A DNA stretch of 64,000 nucleotides from contig MU053376.1 in the NCBI GenBank assembly GCA_013239625.1, positions 2,220,507 through 2,284,506 of the forward strand, written 5' to 3'. A model generated the notes under the pieces. It saw only the letters and a program-made list of their open reading frames with translations. It was not told the DNA's origin and did not search any database. Position numbers and translations under genes: made by a program. The DNA comes from Lama guanicoe. Lineage: Eukaryota. Position 1 is the first letter of the stretch. The number at the start of each line of letters is the position of its first letter. Shown here piece after piece: positions 1-14,096 of the stretch.

Positions 1-114
1 TAATGGAGCTTTTGCTAAATTTTGCTATGTTTAATGAATGAATAAGTCTGAACAGATGGCTCGCTATCCCTGGAAAGGAGACTTCATAGCTGCCCATGGT
101 CATTGGGAGATGAC

Positions 115-280
115 AAGGCATGTGCTTTGGGGTCAGAAAGATCTGGGTTCAAGGACTGGCTCTGTCCCTTACTGAGTATGTGGCTAGGTTTTTCTTTGTT
201 AAGTCACAAATGGGAGTAATTCTCATCTTATGGTGTGAGGCTTGAATGAGGCAACACATATGAGGCAGTTTACCTTAGAG
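115..280 (+). mobile_element. MIR SINE fragment
   Basis: tttggggtcagaaagatctgggttcaag...aaatgggagtaat, MIR-like core. Confidence 0.6.
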
Positions 281-1239
281 AAGGTGGAAGTTCAATTATG
301 CAAGTTCTTTTTTTCCCACCTACTAGAGAATCTCACAGATGCACTTCCAGAAATGACCTTCTCCCTTTTGATTCTAGTTCTTTTCTCCTTGGCTTCGTTT
401 TTGTCAGAGCCTGAGAAAGAGAATCTTCTCCATTGTCTGAGCTCTGAGATCAACCTTTGAAAGCTGGGATTCTAATATTGAGCAAGTGTGAAAGGGGAAT
501 GTTACTTTGCCCTTATCTGAAATTGAGCCTCCCAATTTCTGTTTTATTGGATATGGTTGTTGTGATTTGTCTTCTCATGTTACATGTTTTCTCTCCTTCT
601 ACTCACCCCCAGGCACAATCACCTACGCAGGCACCTCCTCTCACCCTTTAAACTCTCACATATTTTACTCTTTCCAAATCTGAGAACCCGGCTCCATTTC
701 TCTGGGACAGAGGACATAGGGCTTACTACAGGCACCGGGTTTTAATAGTAACCAGATCCTGTCAGTCTTTCATCCACCCCTGCATTCCAGTGATTTGGCA
801 CACTTATTCTCACCTCCAGATTTTAAGATAAGGCCGTAGAGTAAGTCATTTGTGGAAATTAAGTGATCTAGCCAAGCATTATGGCCTCTTCGATCTAGGA
901 ATTTTATGTTAGGTAGTTTAAAGCTAAAACCAAACAGAAAGTAATACACTTCAACTTCAAATCAATAAATATTCATTGGTTACTATGTATATTCAAGGAG
1001 TCTGGGGGCAATGTGGGCTTACAAAAGCTGCAAACCTGATGCTAGAGATTTAAAAACTATTTTAGAATAATCTCATCACCATTCATCCCCTCTTCAATCT
1101 AACTTACACAACACTTACAGGCGAAACTTCTAAAAATAGTGCTCATGACCTTGGGGCCAAGATGTCAAGAGCTCCACGTGCTCTATGAGGGAGTTTGTGG
1201 CCCATTTCTCTAGGCCCTGGGAGCCAAAGAATGATTCTG

Positions 1240-2200
1240 AAGCCTTGGAATAATGTGATCAGATTTGCATTTAAAAAAAATTATTGGGGTAATGGTTTAG
1301 AAATGGGAAGACCAGACACCAGTTAGAAGGCTAGCGTCATAATCCAGGGGGAAGATGTTGAGTGCCTCTAGCAGGGCAGTGGCTTGGGGATGGAAGGGAG
1401 GAAAACAGTAGGAAGTAGGATTAGCAGGAATTGGTAATTGATTGAATACTGGGGATAAGAGACAGTTAGGAGTCAAAATTGACTACTAGCTTCAGCTTTT
1501 GGCAACCAGATAGATAATGGTGCCTTTTTTGAGCAGCAGAATGATGCTCTGTGTGTGTGTGTATAGATAATGAAATCTGTTTCGTGGATGATGAATTTAA
1601 AGTGTCTGGGAATGCTAAGTAATGGAAGTTCAATATGGTTGGGTATGTTCTCCAGTGAACTATTTGGTCTGGATTTGCAGATGTGGGAGACATGAGTATA
1701 GAGTTAGCTGGTGGTTGAAACCTGAGAGGTAGTAGAGAATGATTAGCAAAGAGTCAAAGAAGGAACCCCAGAACACCCTAACATTGAAAGAAACAGAGAA
1801 GGAGTGGGCAGGGATGTAGAAGGGCAGAGTGTGATGCCCTGAGAATCAAGGTAGGAGGGAGTTTTGAGGAAGAAAGGATGGTGCATCTTCTGCATAGCAC
1901 AGGGAACTATATTCAAGATCTTGTAGTAAACTGTAATGAAAAGAATATGAAAAGGAATATATGTATGTACATGCATGACTGAGACATTGTGCTGTACACC
2001 AGAAATGGACACATTGTAACTGACTATACTTCAATTAAAAAAAAACAAAAACAAAAAAGGATTGTGCAGAGTGTCAAATACAGCAGAGAGATCTAACTGA
2101 GGGAGTGAGCTAAGATAAGAAGTAGATGGAGAGTGAATGAGACAAAAGCCAGACTTCTGTAGAGCTGAGTGGTGAGGAGGTGAAGAAATGGAGGCAGGCA
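1240..2200. mobile_element. L2 LINE remnant, interrupted by an L1 3' fragment
   Basis: gatcagatttgcattt...agttagaaggcta...ataatccagg; purine-rich pattern typical of L2. Confidence 0.6.
1886..2055 (+). mobile_element. 5'-truncated L1 3' end with poly(A) and target-site duplication
   Basis: agcacagggaactatattcaa...gactatacttcaattaaaaa; TSD aaaggatggtgca (1873-1885) / aaaggattgtgca (2056-2068). Confidence 0.85.
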
Positions 2201-2339
2201 ATGCAGTTACATGGATCTGGTAGTGAGTCTGCTAGGAGAAACGGGGCAGGTGTCAGGGAGCGGCAGGGCCGAGGGCCAGGGATACTTAAACATGTTATAG
2301 GATCAGAGAAGGAGTCAGCTGAGTGGCAGTGGGGCAAAT

Positions 2340-2885
2340 ACTGTCAGTTCCCAACTCAAAAACCATCCCCTTTTTCCTTCGGTTGGGGTAGGCTCCTCCC
2401 TCCCTCAGGGGAGGGGTTGGGGGAGTTTCCACTTCCTCTGTCCAGTGATTGGTTGAGGATGAGCACATGACCCACTTCTGGCCAATGAGCTATAAGGGAG
2501 AATCTGCTGCGGTTCTCTGGGAAACATGTTTTCCCTTGAGAAATAAGACAGTCACAGGAGGAAAAAGAAGCCTTTAAACATTTAAAATTTATTTATACTC
2601 TTTGTTTCACTCCTGCATCTTTCCTTGCTCTGTTGAACCATGTCACTTGGGGATGAGCAGCCTAGAGTTGCTGCAGCCTCCTTGCATCAGTGAAAGGGAT
2701 GAGCTGAACTGGGGGGTGACTTCCATTCCGCTGAGGATGACCTTTGATGGTACCGCACGACTTTGTTGAGCTGCCCAACAACCTGGGATTACCTCCCTTA
2801 GGTCTTATGAAGAAACTATTGTCTAGAATTTATGGGTTAAGCCACTGCTAGTTCCCTTTCCAGCTGAATGCATCCTCACTGGTAT
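2340..2885. mobile_element. MLT1-type (MaLR) LTR remnant
   Basis: cagtgattggttgaggatgagcacatgacccacttctggccaatgag...ttaagccactg...cagctgaatgcatcct. Confidence 0.6.
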
Positions 2886-3984
2886 GGCGACGTTGTTATA
2901 TTCTGGCCCAAGGTAATTTAGGTTGGTCTTACAATGAGATCAGGGTACCAGTAAGATGTTTTAAGATGTTGAGGTGAAGCATCTCTGACTGGGGCTTCTT
3001 GCCTAGAGGTCAAGACTGTCACTCCGTAACACAATCCTGAGGTGCCGATTACTTTGTGATGGGTAGTGAAGATTGCAGAAGTCAGGGCTCTTTGCCTTTC
3101 TGGTGGAAGCCAGGCCAAACAAGCCTAATCTACAGTCCTAAGCAAGAAATGCCGATTAGTCCTCCGCATGGCTTGGCATCCTTGCCGATCATTACTGATC
3201 CACTGGGAGGCAGATCTTCCTAATCTTCCCACTTGGCCATTTTGATTGTAATAGGAGGTAGGCCTTTGGACTGCTGTCCTCTGGAATTTAGACAGAATAG
3301 CAGTGCTCTCTTGACTGAGAGTTCAAGGGTTGAGCTTTAGTCCAGAACGTGGGCCTGAAGGAAAAGGAGAAGTGTGCAAAGGAGGCATTGCAGAAGTAGC
3401 CAGAAAGCACAGACTGCCCTTTTCAGGGCCACTGAGGAACGCACAGGTGCCTGGGAGCAGAGTGCCCACCCTGGAGAATTCACAACCTAGAGGAGAGACG
3501 ATCCTCAAAAGTGGCTATTGAAAGCCTGTGGGTGACAGGCAGAGTGAAGGATGGATTTGGAAAGGGGGGGGGGGGGGTTGAAAGCAAGGAATCTAGTTAG
3601 CTGGTTACAGGAGTTTTCTAGGTGAGAGGAAACAGGGCAGTAGCAGGGGCGATGGAACAGTGGGCAGGATCCCGGGGGCCTTGCTGAGACAGAGTCAGCA
3701 CGAACTGCCAACCAGCTGAGTGTGGGATGTGAGGAAAGGGCAGAACAAAAGGCTAAATTTCCTAACACAGTGTTGGGAGTGATCTTAAAAATCATCTAGA
3801 TCAAGTCTGAAAACCAAACTTGGACTACCTTCTTCAACAGAGCCGTACACAGAGACCCAATGTATTTGGGGTTCAGTGTGTTTTTCTTGTTCCCTTTCCT
3901 TGTTCAGGAGTTGGGCACACACCCGGGATGGATGGTAGATGATAACACACCTGTTCTGTGCAAGGATTCAGGGAGGGTCTCTGC

Positions 3985-4147
3985 CCCGTCAGCTTCAGGG
4001 GTGTGTGACCCATACAGTCACGCAGGAACCTGTGTTTAGTTTGATGCTCTGTTGTCCCTCCCTTGAAATTCTTCATAATTTCAGAGCAAGGAGTCCTGCA
4101 TTTTCATTTTGTGCTGGGTCCTGCAAACTATTCCTATCCTGGGCCTA
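3985..4147 (+). mobile_element. MER91-like hAT DNA transposon remnant
   Basis: cttgaaattcttcataattt...cctgcattttcattttgtgctgggtcctgcaaa resembles the recalled MER91 consensus. Confidence 0.65.
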
Positions 4148-5834
4148 TGATAGTTGCTGCTGGGAAGAGAGGCAGAGGTGAGGGGCTGAATAACCCAGTC
4201 CCTTTACAGGATCTGCAGCGCTGGGCAGCCAGGGTTGAAATGAGTGTGGATGATAAGAGTGTGGATCGTAAGAGGAGCAGCTATCTCCCAGGCTTGCTGT
4301 AAGTGTTAAACGAACAAATATATGCAGAGAGCTCAGAACAGTGTCTGGTACGTAGTGATTGCTGTGTGCGAGGTGGGTGTTACTATTAGTCCCTCCCTGC
4401 ACGGACTCATCCCCTGACAGCTCCAGGTTGATTATTCACAGGGTCACAGTCAACTTTTCATTTTCACAGTTTTAGCCTGGCACTCCCCTCCCAGCCCCAG
4501 GCTTATGATTCTCCCCTGGAGGGGAAAAATTCAACAACAATGAATATCACAATAAATACAAACGTGTGATATCACATCCTCTCATCATTACGTAGTGCTG
4601 TTTCAGGGTACATCTGTGTGGGAGGACTGTCTGTGTGTGTCTTTGTGTCTGAGAGGAAGCTTTTCTTTTTTTTAAAATCTTAACTCAATGAATTAGGGGC
4701 TCTCTCTGGTGGTTTTCTTTCTTGTTTCTTTTTTTCTTCTTTACCTGCCTTTTTTGTTTGTATAGAACGGACTCTTGAACCACCTGCTTCCTCCCTCTGC
4801 CCCCCTTCTCCTCAGATCCCCAAGGGGAGGGCAGGATCTTCAGGAAGGGCTGCATCACCGTCCTCATCAAGATAATGGCTGCCTCCCCCACTTCCCTCCA
4901 CTCCCATCTGCGTCCCCAGAGCCTGCAAAGTGCTCAACCTTTGTCCTTGGAGTACAGCTCCTTTTACTGGTGGTAAAAAATTAAAATACTGACCTGATGC
5001 CTCTATTCCATGAACCCTTGTCCTGATCAAAGTCTGGAAGCTGGTCCCCCTACCCCCTCCTAATCTTCCATGTTCCCAGCCCATTCCCAGTAAGGTGGAG
5101 CTCTTTCTTACTGCCCTGGGGTTTCAAGTCTGCGGAAGACTGCATATTTTTTCCTGAGCAGAAATAGTTGTGGTTTTTCCTAACAACTTTGCAAGTTCCC
5201 CATAGAGTTGGAAATTCCCTTCTTGATTACAGATGGTGATGGATGCACAGACCACAAGGTCTGGTCCTGTCTTTCCTGCTGATCTGCTGTGTGAGTCTAG
5301 GAAGCCAGCCTAAGTTCTCTGGGCGGCAGAGCACAAGGATTTCCTAGACTGGGACAGACTGGAGGATGAAAAGGTTTAAGGGAAGAATTTACTTTTGGAG
5401 GACCCTGGGAGAAGAGATTTACAAACATGTCTGTGATGAAAATAGCCATTCAGGGAACCAACCCGTTTAGATTCCTCCTCCTGGGAAAAAAAAAAAAAAA
5501 GAGTTTAATAATTTCCATTGCTAATTCCTCTCCTCTCCCCTCACCTCCATGCCTGCCTCCACCCCCAGCTGTTGATTGATAGAGTAGATTAGCTGTACCC
5601 GCCCCCCTCCCAACTTGTACACACACTTCTGGGAGGCCCTAGATAAATAGGAGGCAGAAGCGAGCCTGAGGAACAATTATTATCATTATGATGATTATTG
5701 TGTTTTCAGCATGAGAAACAGGAAATGAAACTGATGAAAATGCCCAATGATAAATGCCCATCTTCTCAGCCAGACCTAAAGGCAAAGAGGCCAGCCAAAG
5801 AAAACTGTGGCCTTGCCACAGGCTCTGTCAACGT

Positions 5835-5836
<2 letters not shown>

Positions 5837-5872
<36 letters not shown>
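5837..5872. repeat. (TG)18 microsatellite
   Basis: Direct reading. Confidence 0.95.
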
Positions 5873-5875
<3 letters not shown>

Positions 5876-8526
5876 GAACGAGTGTCTTTAGATAACTAGT
5901 TTCCAGGACTTGTGATTTCAACCTTATTCCAATGCTCATGCTTCCTCCTTCATGTGATATCCTCAGGGTCCTTCCTTACAACTTTCTTCCCCATTTCCTC
6001 GAGAGAACTTCCCACGGTTGTCAGAAGATGTTAAAGGCCACATCCAGTGATTAATTGGTTCCTCTCCACACACCTTATCTGTGGAGGCCAGGTCCGAGCC
6101 CTAGCCTTTCTCTGAAGTCTGTTTTGTGCCCCCGGCAGACTTCCCCTGGGTCAGATGCCTTCTTCTCTCTCCTTTCAGGGGAGCTGCGTTTTCTCTTCTG
6201 GCCTGGCTGCCTGACGTTCCATCTGCTCGGCTGATTATTCACATCCTTTGTCTTTCTCAGGAATCGATTCTGGATAAACGGTAGTTGGAAAACAAGGCAT
6301 AGGGCAATGTCATTACCCCACGGTGACAAATCCATTTGCAGCACCAAGGCCCCTGGAAACTCTGAAAAACAGTGGAAATTTCCCGATTTTCAGACTACTT
6401 TGTTGGGTCAGCTTCCCAGGGAGAAGAGCAGACAGCTGTGTGGGGAGTAAATGAAGGAAGCTGATGTTTTGGAAATAACCCCACATTTGGACTGTGTTCT
6501 GAGAAACACAGAGGGGACAGAAGAGAGAAGGCCTTGGGACAGGTAGCAGAGAAAGAGAGAGGGAGCAGGCTGCTGGGTTCCTGGTCTCGTCCCCATGCCT
6601 TTAATGGCTTTCAGACCAAGACCTTGAGCCAAAATAACAGAGCATTGGAATTTGGGTTTGGGAAAAACATTTTTTTCCGAGCTTGGAACAGGGTCCAGTG
6701 GAGCCCACCCAGGGTTGGGATGGGAGTGAGGTCACAGCAGGGTCACTGATGGGAGAAGAAACTCTAGCAGAGAGCGTTATGCCTCAAGCTGTCTGTCTTT
6801 GGGTGGCCCCTTTCCAGCTGGCCCTGCTTCCTGCTCAGCAGAGCCCCATGCCTAAGAAGACGGGGTTGGGTCCCAGCTTCCTGCATTTAAATCCCCACTC
6901 CAGCCCTTACTTTAAGGCACTTAAATACACTGGGCCTCAGTTTGCTTGTCTGGGCCGCTGGAAGGATTCTAATAGCACCTACCCAGTAGAGTGCAAATTG
7001 ATTGCATTCATACGTGGAGCACTTAGAGTTGTGTCAGGAATGTCATAAGTGGTTGATAAATGGGAGTGATTATCACACCCATGATAAAAATTATATTTTA
7101 TTGTTAAAGTTAATGTATATGTCTTTCTCTGAGTGCTATCCACCAGCCTCCATTCCACCTGCCCAGCAAAAATAGGTGTTGTATTCTGCGACAGGCATCA
7201 GGCAAGTCACTAGGGATGGATACGGGGTTGGCGGGACCTGAGTCACCGCAGGGGCTTCCCTGCCCCCGTGGGGCTCCATCCTTTCTCAGCACAGTGCGGA
7301 GCACGTAACAGGTGGTGTCATCTCGACTCCAGTTCTCCCTGGTTCCTTGTCCCTGGTCCCCGCCTGTTCACCTTCATCTGCCTCTTCTGCTTCTTTCTTT
7401 CTCACCCCAGTTCAGTAGAAGATGGTCCCAGGTGTCCTGGCCAAGGCCACCCCGGAGTCCCGCCAGGCCCTGCCCTGCCCCATCCTGGTGAGAAAGCCTG
7501 CTGGTTTTCCTACTCGGCATGTCACCCCTTCCAGGCCCTGGGCCCCCCCAGCACTCCCCGCTCCCTGGGGAAGCCGGAGGAGGGCCCCTCGGCTCTGTAA
7601 TCACCACACAAACAAGAACCAGATTCCTGGGGAGTGACGCGGGCGGGAGCTCAGTGGCCGAGGCAGCTGTGATTACACCAAGACTTGAAGAAACACCTCT
7701 GCTCGGGTCCTGACCTGTCTGCGAAAGGCCCAGGGGAAGGCTGCCCACACGGCCCTCTCTGCTACCCTCCCCGTCATTCTCTGAGTGGCAGGGGCCTTCA
7801 CACCAAGTGGCTCTGCAGACACAAGGGGGCAGCCGGTCCCAGAGTCAGTAGTCCCCCACTCAGAACCGGGCAGCATCGCCCCATCTTTCCTCTTCCAGGA
7901 TTGGTCTCACCCCCTTCCCTACTCATATACCTGCTTCTGCCCTGGGGCCATCATCCCCACTTCCTACCCCTTCCCTCACTGATGCCAGGAGAGGCCACAC
8001 ACTTCAGCAGGGCCCAGAGTAAAGGCTGGACTGCAGGGTGACTCGGCTGGTCCAGGGCTTCCATCTTAATAGTGTGACTTCAGAGTTTAAGATTGGATGT
8101 CCTGGGATTTAGGCCAAGCACAGTCCATGCTAGTTCCTAAGTGGAAGGTTGGACTGGCTCAAATATCCCTGGAAGGATGCATGAGAAAATGGGGTAGAGA
8201 ACTCGGGGGATGAGGGCCTCGAGTGGGAGGGAGCCGTTTACTCTCTGTCCTTTTGGGCTTTTGCATTTTGTACCACATGAATGTATTAAAGGTTCCAGAG
8301 AGAGAGAATAGTCCGTGCTTTTGTAAATCTTCTATGTGTTAAATATAGAGAAGAGTCCTTTGCCCCTCAGGACAGAAGGGACAGTGAGGCAACTGCTGGG
8401 GAGGCCTCATCTGGGCTCGACTTCAGGCTTAGAAGGGGCTGTCAGAGGCAGGTGGCTGCTCGGGCTTGAGATTTTCCGAGTGTCTGAATGACATGGAATC
8501 CTGCACTAAAAGATGACGTGTTGCTG

Positions 8527-8641
8527 TGACAATGAATATATATATATGTTCATGTATAACTGAAAAATTGTACTCTACACTGGAATTTGACACAACATTG
8601 TAAAATGATTATAACTCAATAAAAAATGTTAAAAAAAAAAA
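8527..8641 (+). mobile_element. Very short L1 3' terminal insertion with poly(A) and decayed TSD
   Basis: tgtactctacactggaatttgacacaacattgtaaaatgattataactcaataaaaaa; flanks agatgacgtgttgctg / ggatgacacattgctg. Confidence 0.75.
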
Positions 8642-9339
8642 AGGATGACACATTGCTGAGTGCAGCAGTCTGGGAGGGAGGAGGGTGGACATGCGGCCCC
8701 TCCAGGCCTAGAAGGCCACTCTCCCATCTAACGGATAGTGGAGCCCTTCCTTACCAGAGAGGTGGACAGAGGCAGGCCATGTGTGCTGATTGGTTACCTT
8801 TGCACGCTGGGCCAGCAGGGAGGGGTTGGCCAGCCAGCACCCAGGGGACCCAGCGTCCTCCCTGGTAGATGCCAGAAGCTGCCTCCAATTGCCAGGTATT
8901 GTGTATTAGTCTTAGGATACTGGTTTCCTTAAAAACATTTTTTTCTTTTTTTTTTGTCTTACGTTCTTGCATTTATCTCACGTGTTGAAGTTTGCACAGC
9001 GCCTTCACATATATTACCACTGGCTCCCTGTTGCCCAAAGATCAGAGCCTTAGTGGAATGTCTAGCCCTTAGATCTGCCTTTCGCCTCACATCTTGACAC
9101 TCTCTCCCGCACACCCTACATTCCAGTCCGTGCTGACCGCCTGCTGCTTCTAAACAGGCCTTGCAATTTCTCCCCTCTCTCTGCTCCGTTGTCTAGTGTA
9201 ACCTTTTTCCTCCTTTCCCTGGGGAATTCTTGCCCATCTTTAGATCCCTAGGTTAAATGTCATCTCTTCAGCAAGAACTTTCTGGATGAGTCTCTACTGT
9301 TTATGAGCCCTGGAGCCCTATGCTTAAACCCTCTCAAAG

Positions 9340-10070
9340 TTATACCTGTTAGGATGGCTATACCAAAACCAAAAAGCAAAACAAAACAAAAAAGCCCTAG
9401 AAAATCACAAGTGTTAGCTAAAATGTGGAGAAACTGGAACTATGTGTTGCTGATGGGAATGCAAAATCATGCAACTGCTATGAAAAATAGCATAGACGTT
9501 CTTAAAGAATTTAACAGATTTACCATATGATCCAGCCATTCAGCTTGTGGGTATCTACCCAAAACAATTGTCAGCAGGGACTCAAACAGATATTTATACA
9601 CCTGTATGCATAGCATCATGACTCACAATAGCCAAAGGGTAAAAGCAAACCAAGAGATGAGTGAATAAATAAAAGGTCATTTATACAGACAATGATAGAT
9701 CACATACAAAAAAGAAAGAAGGTCTGACATCGCTACAACATGGATGAACCTTAATTTAAATACATTATATTAAGTAAAACAAGTCAGTCACAAAAGGACA
9801 AATACTGATGTATGATTCCACTTATGTGAGGTACCTAGTGTAGTCAAAACCATAAAGACAGGAAGTGGAGTGGTGGTTGCCAGGGGCTGGGAGGAGGATG
9901 GGAGTGGAGAGTTGTTATTTAATGGGTACAGAGAATTCGTTTGGGAAGATGAAAAGTTCTGGAGATGGATGGTGGTGATGGCTGCATAGCAATGTGAACG
10001 TACTTAATGCCTCTGAACTGCACACTTAAAAAAGGGTTAAAATGATACACGTTATGTTATGTATATACAT
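9340..10070 (+). mobile_element. Old L1 (L1M-type) ORF2 end and 3' UTR
   Basis: ttaggatggcta...gtggagaaactggaac...atggatgaacctt...gttctggagatggatggtggtgatgg...gaactgcacacttaaaa. Confidence 0.85.
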
Positions 10071-10084
10071 ACCCATCATTCATT

Positions 10085-10088
<4 letters not shown>

Positions 10089-10128
<40 letters not shown>
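10089..10128. repeat. (CA)20 microsatellite
   Basis: Direct reading. Confidence 0.95.
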
Positions 10129-10131
<3 letters not shown>

Positions 10132-12729
10132 GTATACTCAAAACTTCTCCAAGGCATTCAAGTCCTATCAGGGTCCTCTAGGCATTCCCTGAATCAGTAC
10201 AATACTTGGCCCTAGCTGGTGCTCAGTTAATGTCTGTGGATATGAAAGAGGGTGCAAAATTGGTGGGGGGAGGGCAGGTGCAGGTGTTAGGCTGGACCAC
10301 ATGCCAACTTCTCTCTGCCAGCACATCCGATTTCCCCCCGCACCTACTGCTCCAATGGAGGGGCACTCCAGACATCTCTCCAGTGCCTTCTTAGACCCCC
10401 TTGCCAGCATCAATGCGTGAGCTTCCAGGAGTGAGAGGGATTTGCCTGCATCATGTACTATGTGGGTCATACAAAAGGAAGAACTTCCTCTTGTGGTGTA
10501 GCGAGGCACCAGAAGTTCTGAGAGCCTGAAGTTTTTAAGGTCACATACCAACTTGTCAAATGCAGGTGTGGTCTTTTGAGGAAGTTGACAGATCAGGTGA
10601 TTTCCATTGGTCCTTTTCATCTCTACGATGGTATAGCTTTCATAACTGAAAGAGAAATGTGGGGAAAAGATTAGCTCCTACCTCTGGCATTTAGTGAGCA
10701 AAAACAAAACAAAACTTAGGCTCTATCCCATATACCTCACACATTTACGCTCTTCCTGAAAAGCTTAAGATCCCAAATTCATTAATGCTCCCATTACTGT
10801 ATTCATTGCCTTTAACTCCGTGTCTCAGAGGAAGAGTTTTTGGAATCTGAGTAAGCTGCAGGTTGCAGGCTATGTCTCCTTTTCATGAGCCATGCTCACG
10901 GGCAAGGATGGCTTCCCCACGGTGGCTGGACCACTTACAGGAGCATTTAGGAACATGGAACCTGACATGAGTGGAAATAGCATCAGTTTGGATTCTAGCT
11001 CTTCTGTTCTGATGTGATGACTTTGGCCAGTGACTTTACAATTCTAAGCCCCAGTGTTTTCAATGATCAAAATAGCAGAAGTAAGACCAAGTACAGCCTT
11101 GTTGAGAGGACTGAGGGAGATGACTGGTGTGAAAGTGATTGGTAATAACAGCCTACATTTACAGAGGTCAATTACTGTGTGTCAGTAATGGCTCAGAATG
11201 TTGCACACATAATTAATCCAGGAAATTTTATCACCCCCTTCATAATATAGAAAGAATGCAGAGGTGCAGTGATTACAGAAGTGGTAGAGGTGGGATTTGA
11301 ACCCAGGCTTTGACTCCACTGTGTTCTGCTTCCTTGAAATTATGGTCTCATAATTTCAAAGCTATTTAGGAAATCACTTCCCATCACACACAGACACACA
11401 CACACACACACACACACTCACAGCTCCTCCTACCTTTCCTACCCTCCCGTTCCCATTTACTCATCTTCAATGAGGGACAGAAAAAAAAAATTCCAGGGGT
11501 CATCACGTCACCAGACTGACCAAATGACCCTTTGGGTTGACACACACTCTGGTGGTGTTCCTGGATGGCAAATCCCCTTGACTTTTTTCCTTCCCAGTTT
11601 CACTATCCAGGCCGCAAGCTCATCTGAATCGCAACTGACATGCCAGGTCTAGGCTAGACTGGAGGGGCAAAGCTTTTAATACTGGGACGACAGCCTTGGG
11701 CTGCCTTGAATGGTGGAATGTTTACCTCCTTTCCCTCTATTTCCCATACCAAGGCACAGAACTAATAATTAGGTTTCCTGTAGTCTTAGTTAGCCCCATT
11801 TGTAGTCCCTTTGGATGATGCTGTCTGTTGATGCACAGAGGCTAAGTTTCTGTTCCCCTTTGGGTACTTCCTTCTTTCTCTTCCAATTCCCATGCTTCCC
11901 CTCTGCTACAGCTGCTCCCTGCTGGGGCACTGAACTTTCAAAGGATGGTGTGCAGACAAGGACATTGGGGTGAGAGGGCAAAGCATTTCTTCCTCTCTGA
12001 GATGTCCTTACATTGTAAAATTTGGGTAAAATTTCTTCCTGTGGACTATCCCTTGGCACTTGCAGAAATTTTTGTGACTAATGATTCTTATATGTGTCAT
12101 TTTTTGTGTTGGAGAATTTCTCAATTTCTCAAAGAAATACTAGCCTATGACATGAAGGTCGCATCTCTCCATGGCTTCCAGTCATTTTCCTTTCCAAGAG
12201 TGAGTTTTTAGTGAACAGACTCTTCTTGTGAACTATGCTCCCTTCTGCAGTATTTTGTGTGCACTTATGGGCTTAGCAATAGTCCCAGAAGCCACTTTAT
12301 CAGTCTATGGTTAACCCTATCTCATTAAGAGCATGTTATCTGCAAATGTGCAAGAAATTCACGTCCATCGATTTTTTCACCCTGTTATTCATTCATAACG
12401 TCACATCATAGTCAAATAAGAAAATTTTACCCTCTGATGGTGTGAAGGCAGGGTGGGGGAAGCCTGGAAAAGAGAGATTGTCATAGATTGCTGATTAGTT
12501 CTCTGACATTACCCAGGCATGCAAATTAACACAGAACCATATACTCTGTAAGAGATTAGGCCAAGATGGAAGGATATTGGGGTATGGGAGATTTTAGCTT
12601 ATCTCAAATGGAAAGTGTAGCCCAGACCCGTTTAGGCCATTCCTGCCTGGAAATGGCAGATAACATGTTTCTAACATTAAGAAGGATATGTGGGTGTGTG
12701 TCTGCTTAGGATTTAGAGTGGGGGCCATG

Positions 12730-13400
12730 AAAATGGACTTTGGGTCAGAAAGACCTGGGTTCTGTGCTTTGCTAGCTGTGTAACCCTTGGGAAGTTATTT
12801 AATTTCTCTAAGATTCAGTTATCTTATTTATAAAATAGGTAAATGAGGATAACAGTACATACCTCATAGAGTGACGTAATAGTTAGGATGGGGTTTGGCT
12901 ATGAGTAATAGAAAACTTAGAAGAGCAGTTACTGTAATAGGAAGGACATTTCTTTCTGTTTCGTATAAAAGTCTGGGTAAGTTGTTTACAGCTGATTTGA
13001 TGAATCCATGATCCATTGATGGAAGGACATAGGCTCCTTCTATCCTTTTGCTCTGCCATTGTCACTTCATGAGGCAAGATGGCTGCTCCAGCTCCAGCCA
13101 TTACATTTTCATTCCAACCATCAGAAAGGAGAAGAAAAGAGAGAGAAGAGGAGAGGATCTACCTCTTCCCTTAACAGCTTCATTTACAAGTCATGAACAC
13201 AACCAGCTGTAACCAGGGCTGAGAAATGTAGTTTTTATTCCAGGTAGTCATGTGAACATTGGAGATTCTTTACTATCAAAGAAGGGGAAGTGGATATTGG
13301 CCAAAACAACTAGCAAACTCTATCACAGATCCGTATGAGGTTTAAAAGAGACAATGAAGGGCTGAGCACAGTGTTGGGCACAGAGTAAGCACTCAGTAAT
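12730..13400. mobile_element. MIR split by an MLT1-type LTR (about 12880-13330)
   Basis: MIR 5' part ends acctcatagag and resumes near 13330; between them agttaggatggggtttggctatgagtaatagaaaac...caagatggctgctccagctccagccattaca. Confidence 0.6.
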
Positions 13401-14096
13401 CATCTTCATCTTTGTCATCATCATGAGGTGGTGGGGGAATACTCTGAAACTATGAAAAGATGTTTCCTTATTTTAATCCCATCTTGCTAATAATGTCACC
13501 CTGACCCATCTTCCTTTTAAGACAAGAGCTTCACCTTTTATGAAAGTCAGATACCTACATCTTTAATGTGTCCTTATGAAATAAAATTACACAAAAGGAA
13601 AGCAAGGGAATGATGAATGTATGACTCAGGATAATGGTTATCTTGTTTCCGAGAAAACAGAAGTGGGGCAGGGACGGATGGAGGAACCACCTAGTTAGGG
13701 GTCTGCTATTGTCAAAGTCCTAGTTTTTATTTTGGGTAGTGGATTTGCAGGTGCTTACTGCATTATTAAAAATAACTAATAGCTAACTAAGTAAAGGCAG
13801 AGATACATGGTCCAATGATTCAATGACAAGGGTATGTCATGAATCAAGGATTATAATGAATCCAATTCTATATACCTGAGGTTTTTAAATTGTCTTTGTG
13901 TTTAGAGTGTTGCATGGCATATGTGTTTGCATGTCAACAGTAGACAAAAATAGTACTTTCTATTTGCATAGACTTTTAACTTTTGAAGTGCTTCTGCACA
14001 CCCATAAAAACTGTTTAATAGTTCATTATAGATGGTTGAGAGATGGTGTTATACAACTAGGACTTTGGACTTCAGTGTCCCAAGGGAAAAAAAAAT

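Noticed and set aside
1130..1139. Perfect MEF2 motif CTAAAAATAG
   Set aside because: Isolated 10-mer 17 kb upstream; the same word also occurs inside an L1 near 14813, so chance is plausible.
10168..10620. 150-aa minus-strand ORF with a nearby acceptor-like sequence
   Set aside because: Overlaps MIR-like sequence (aaggtcacataccaacttgtc); no recognisable protein similarity or partner exons.
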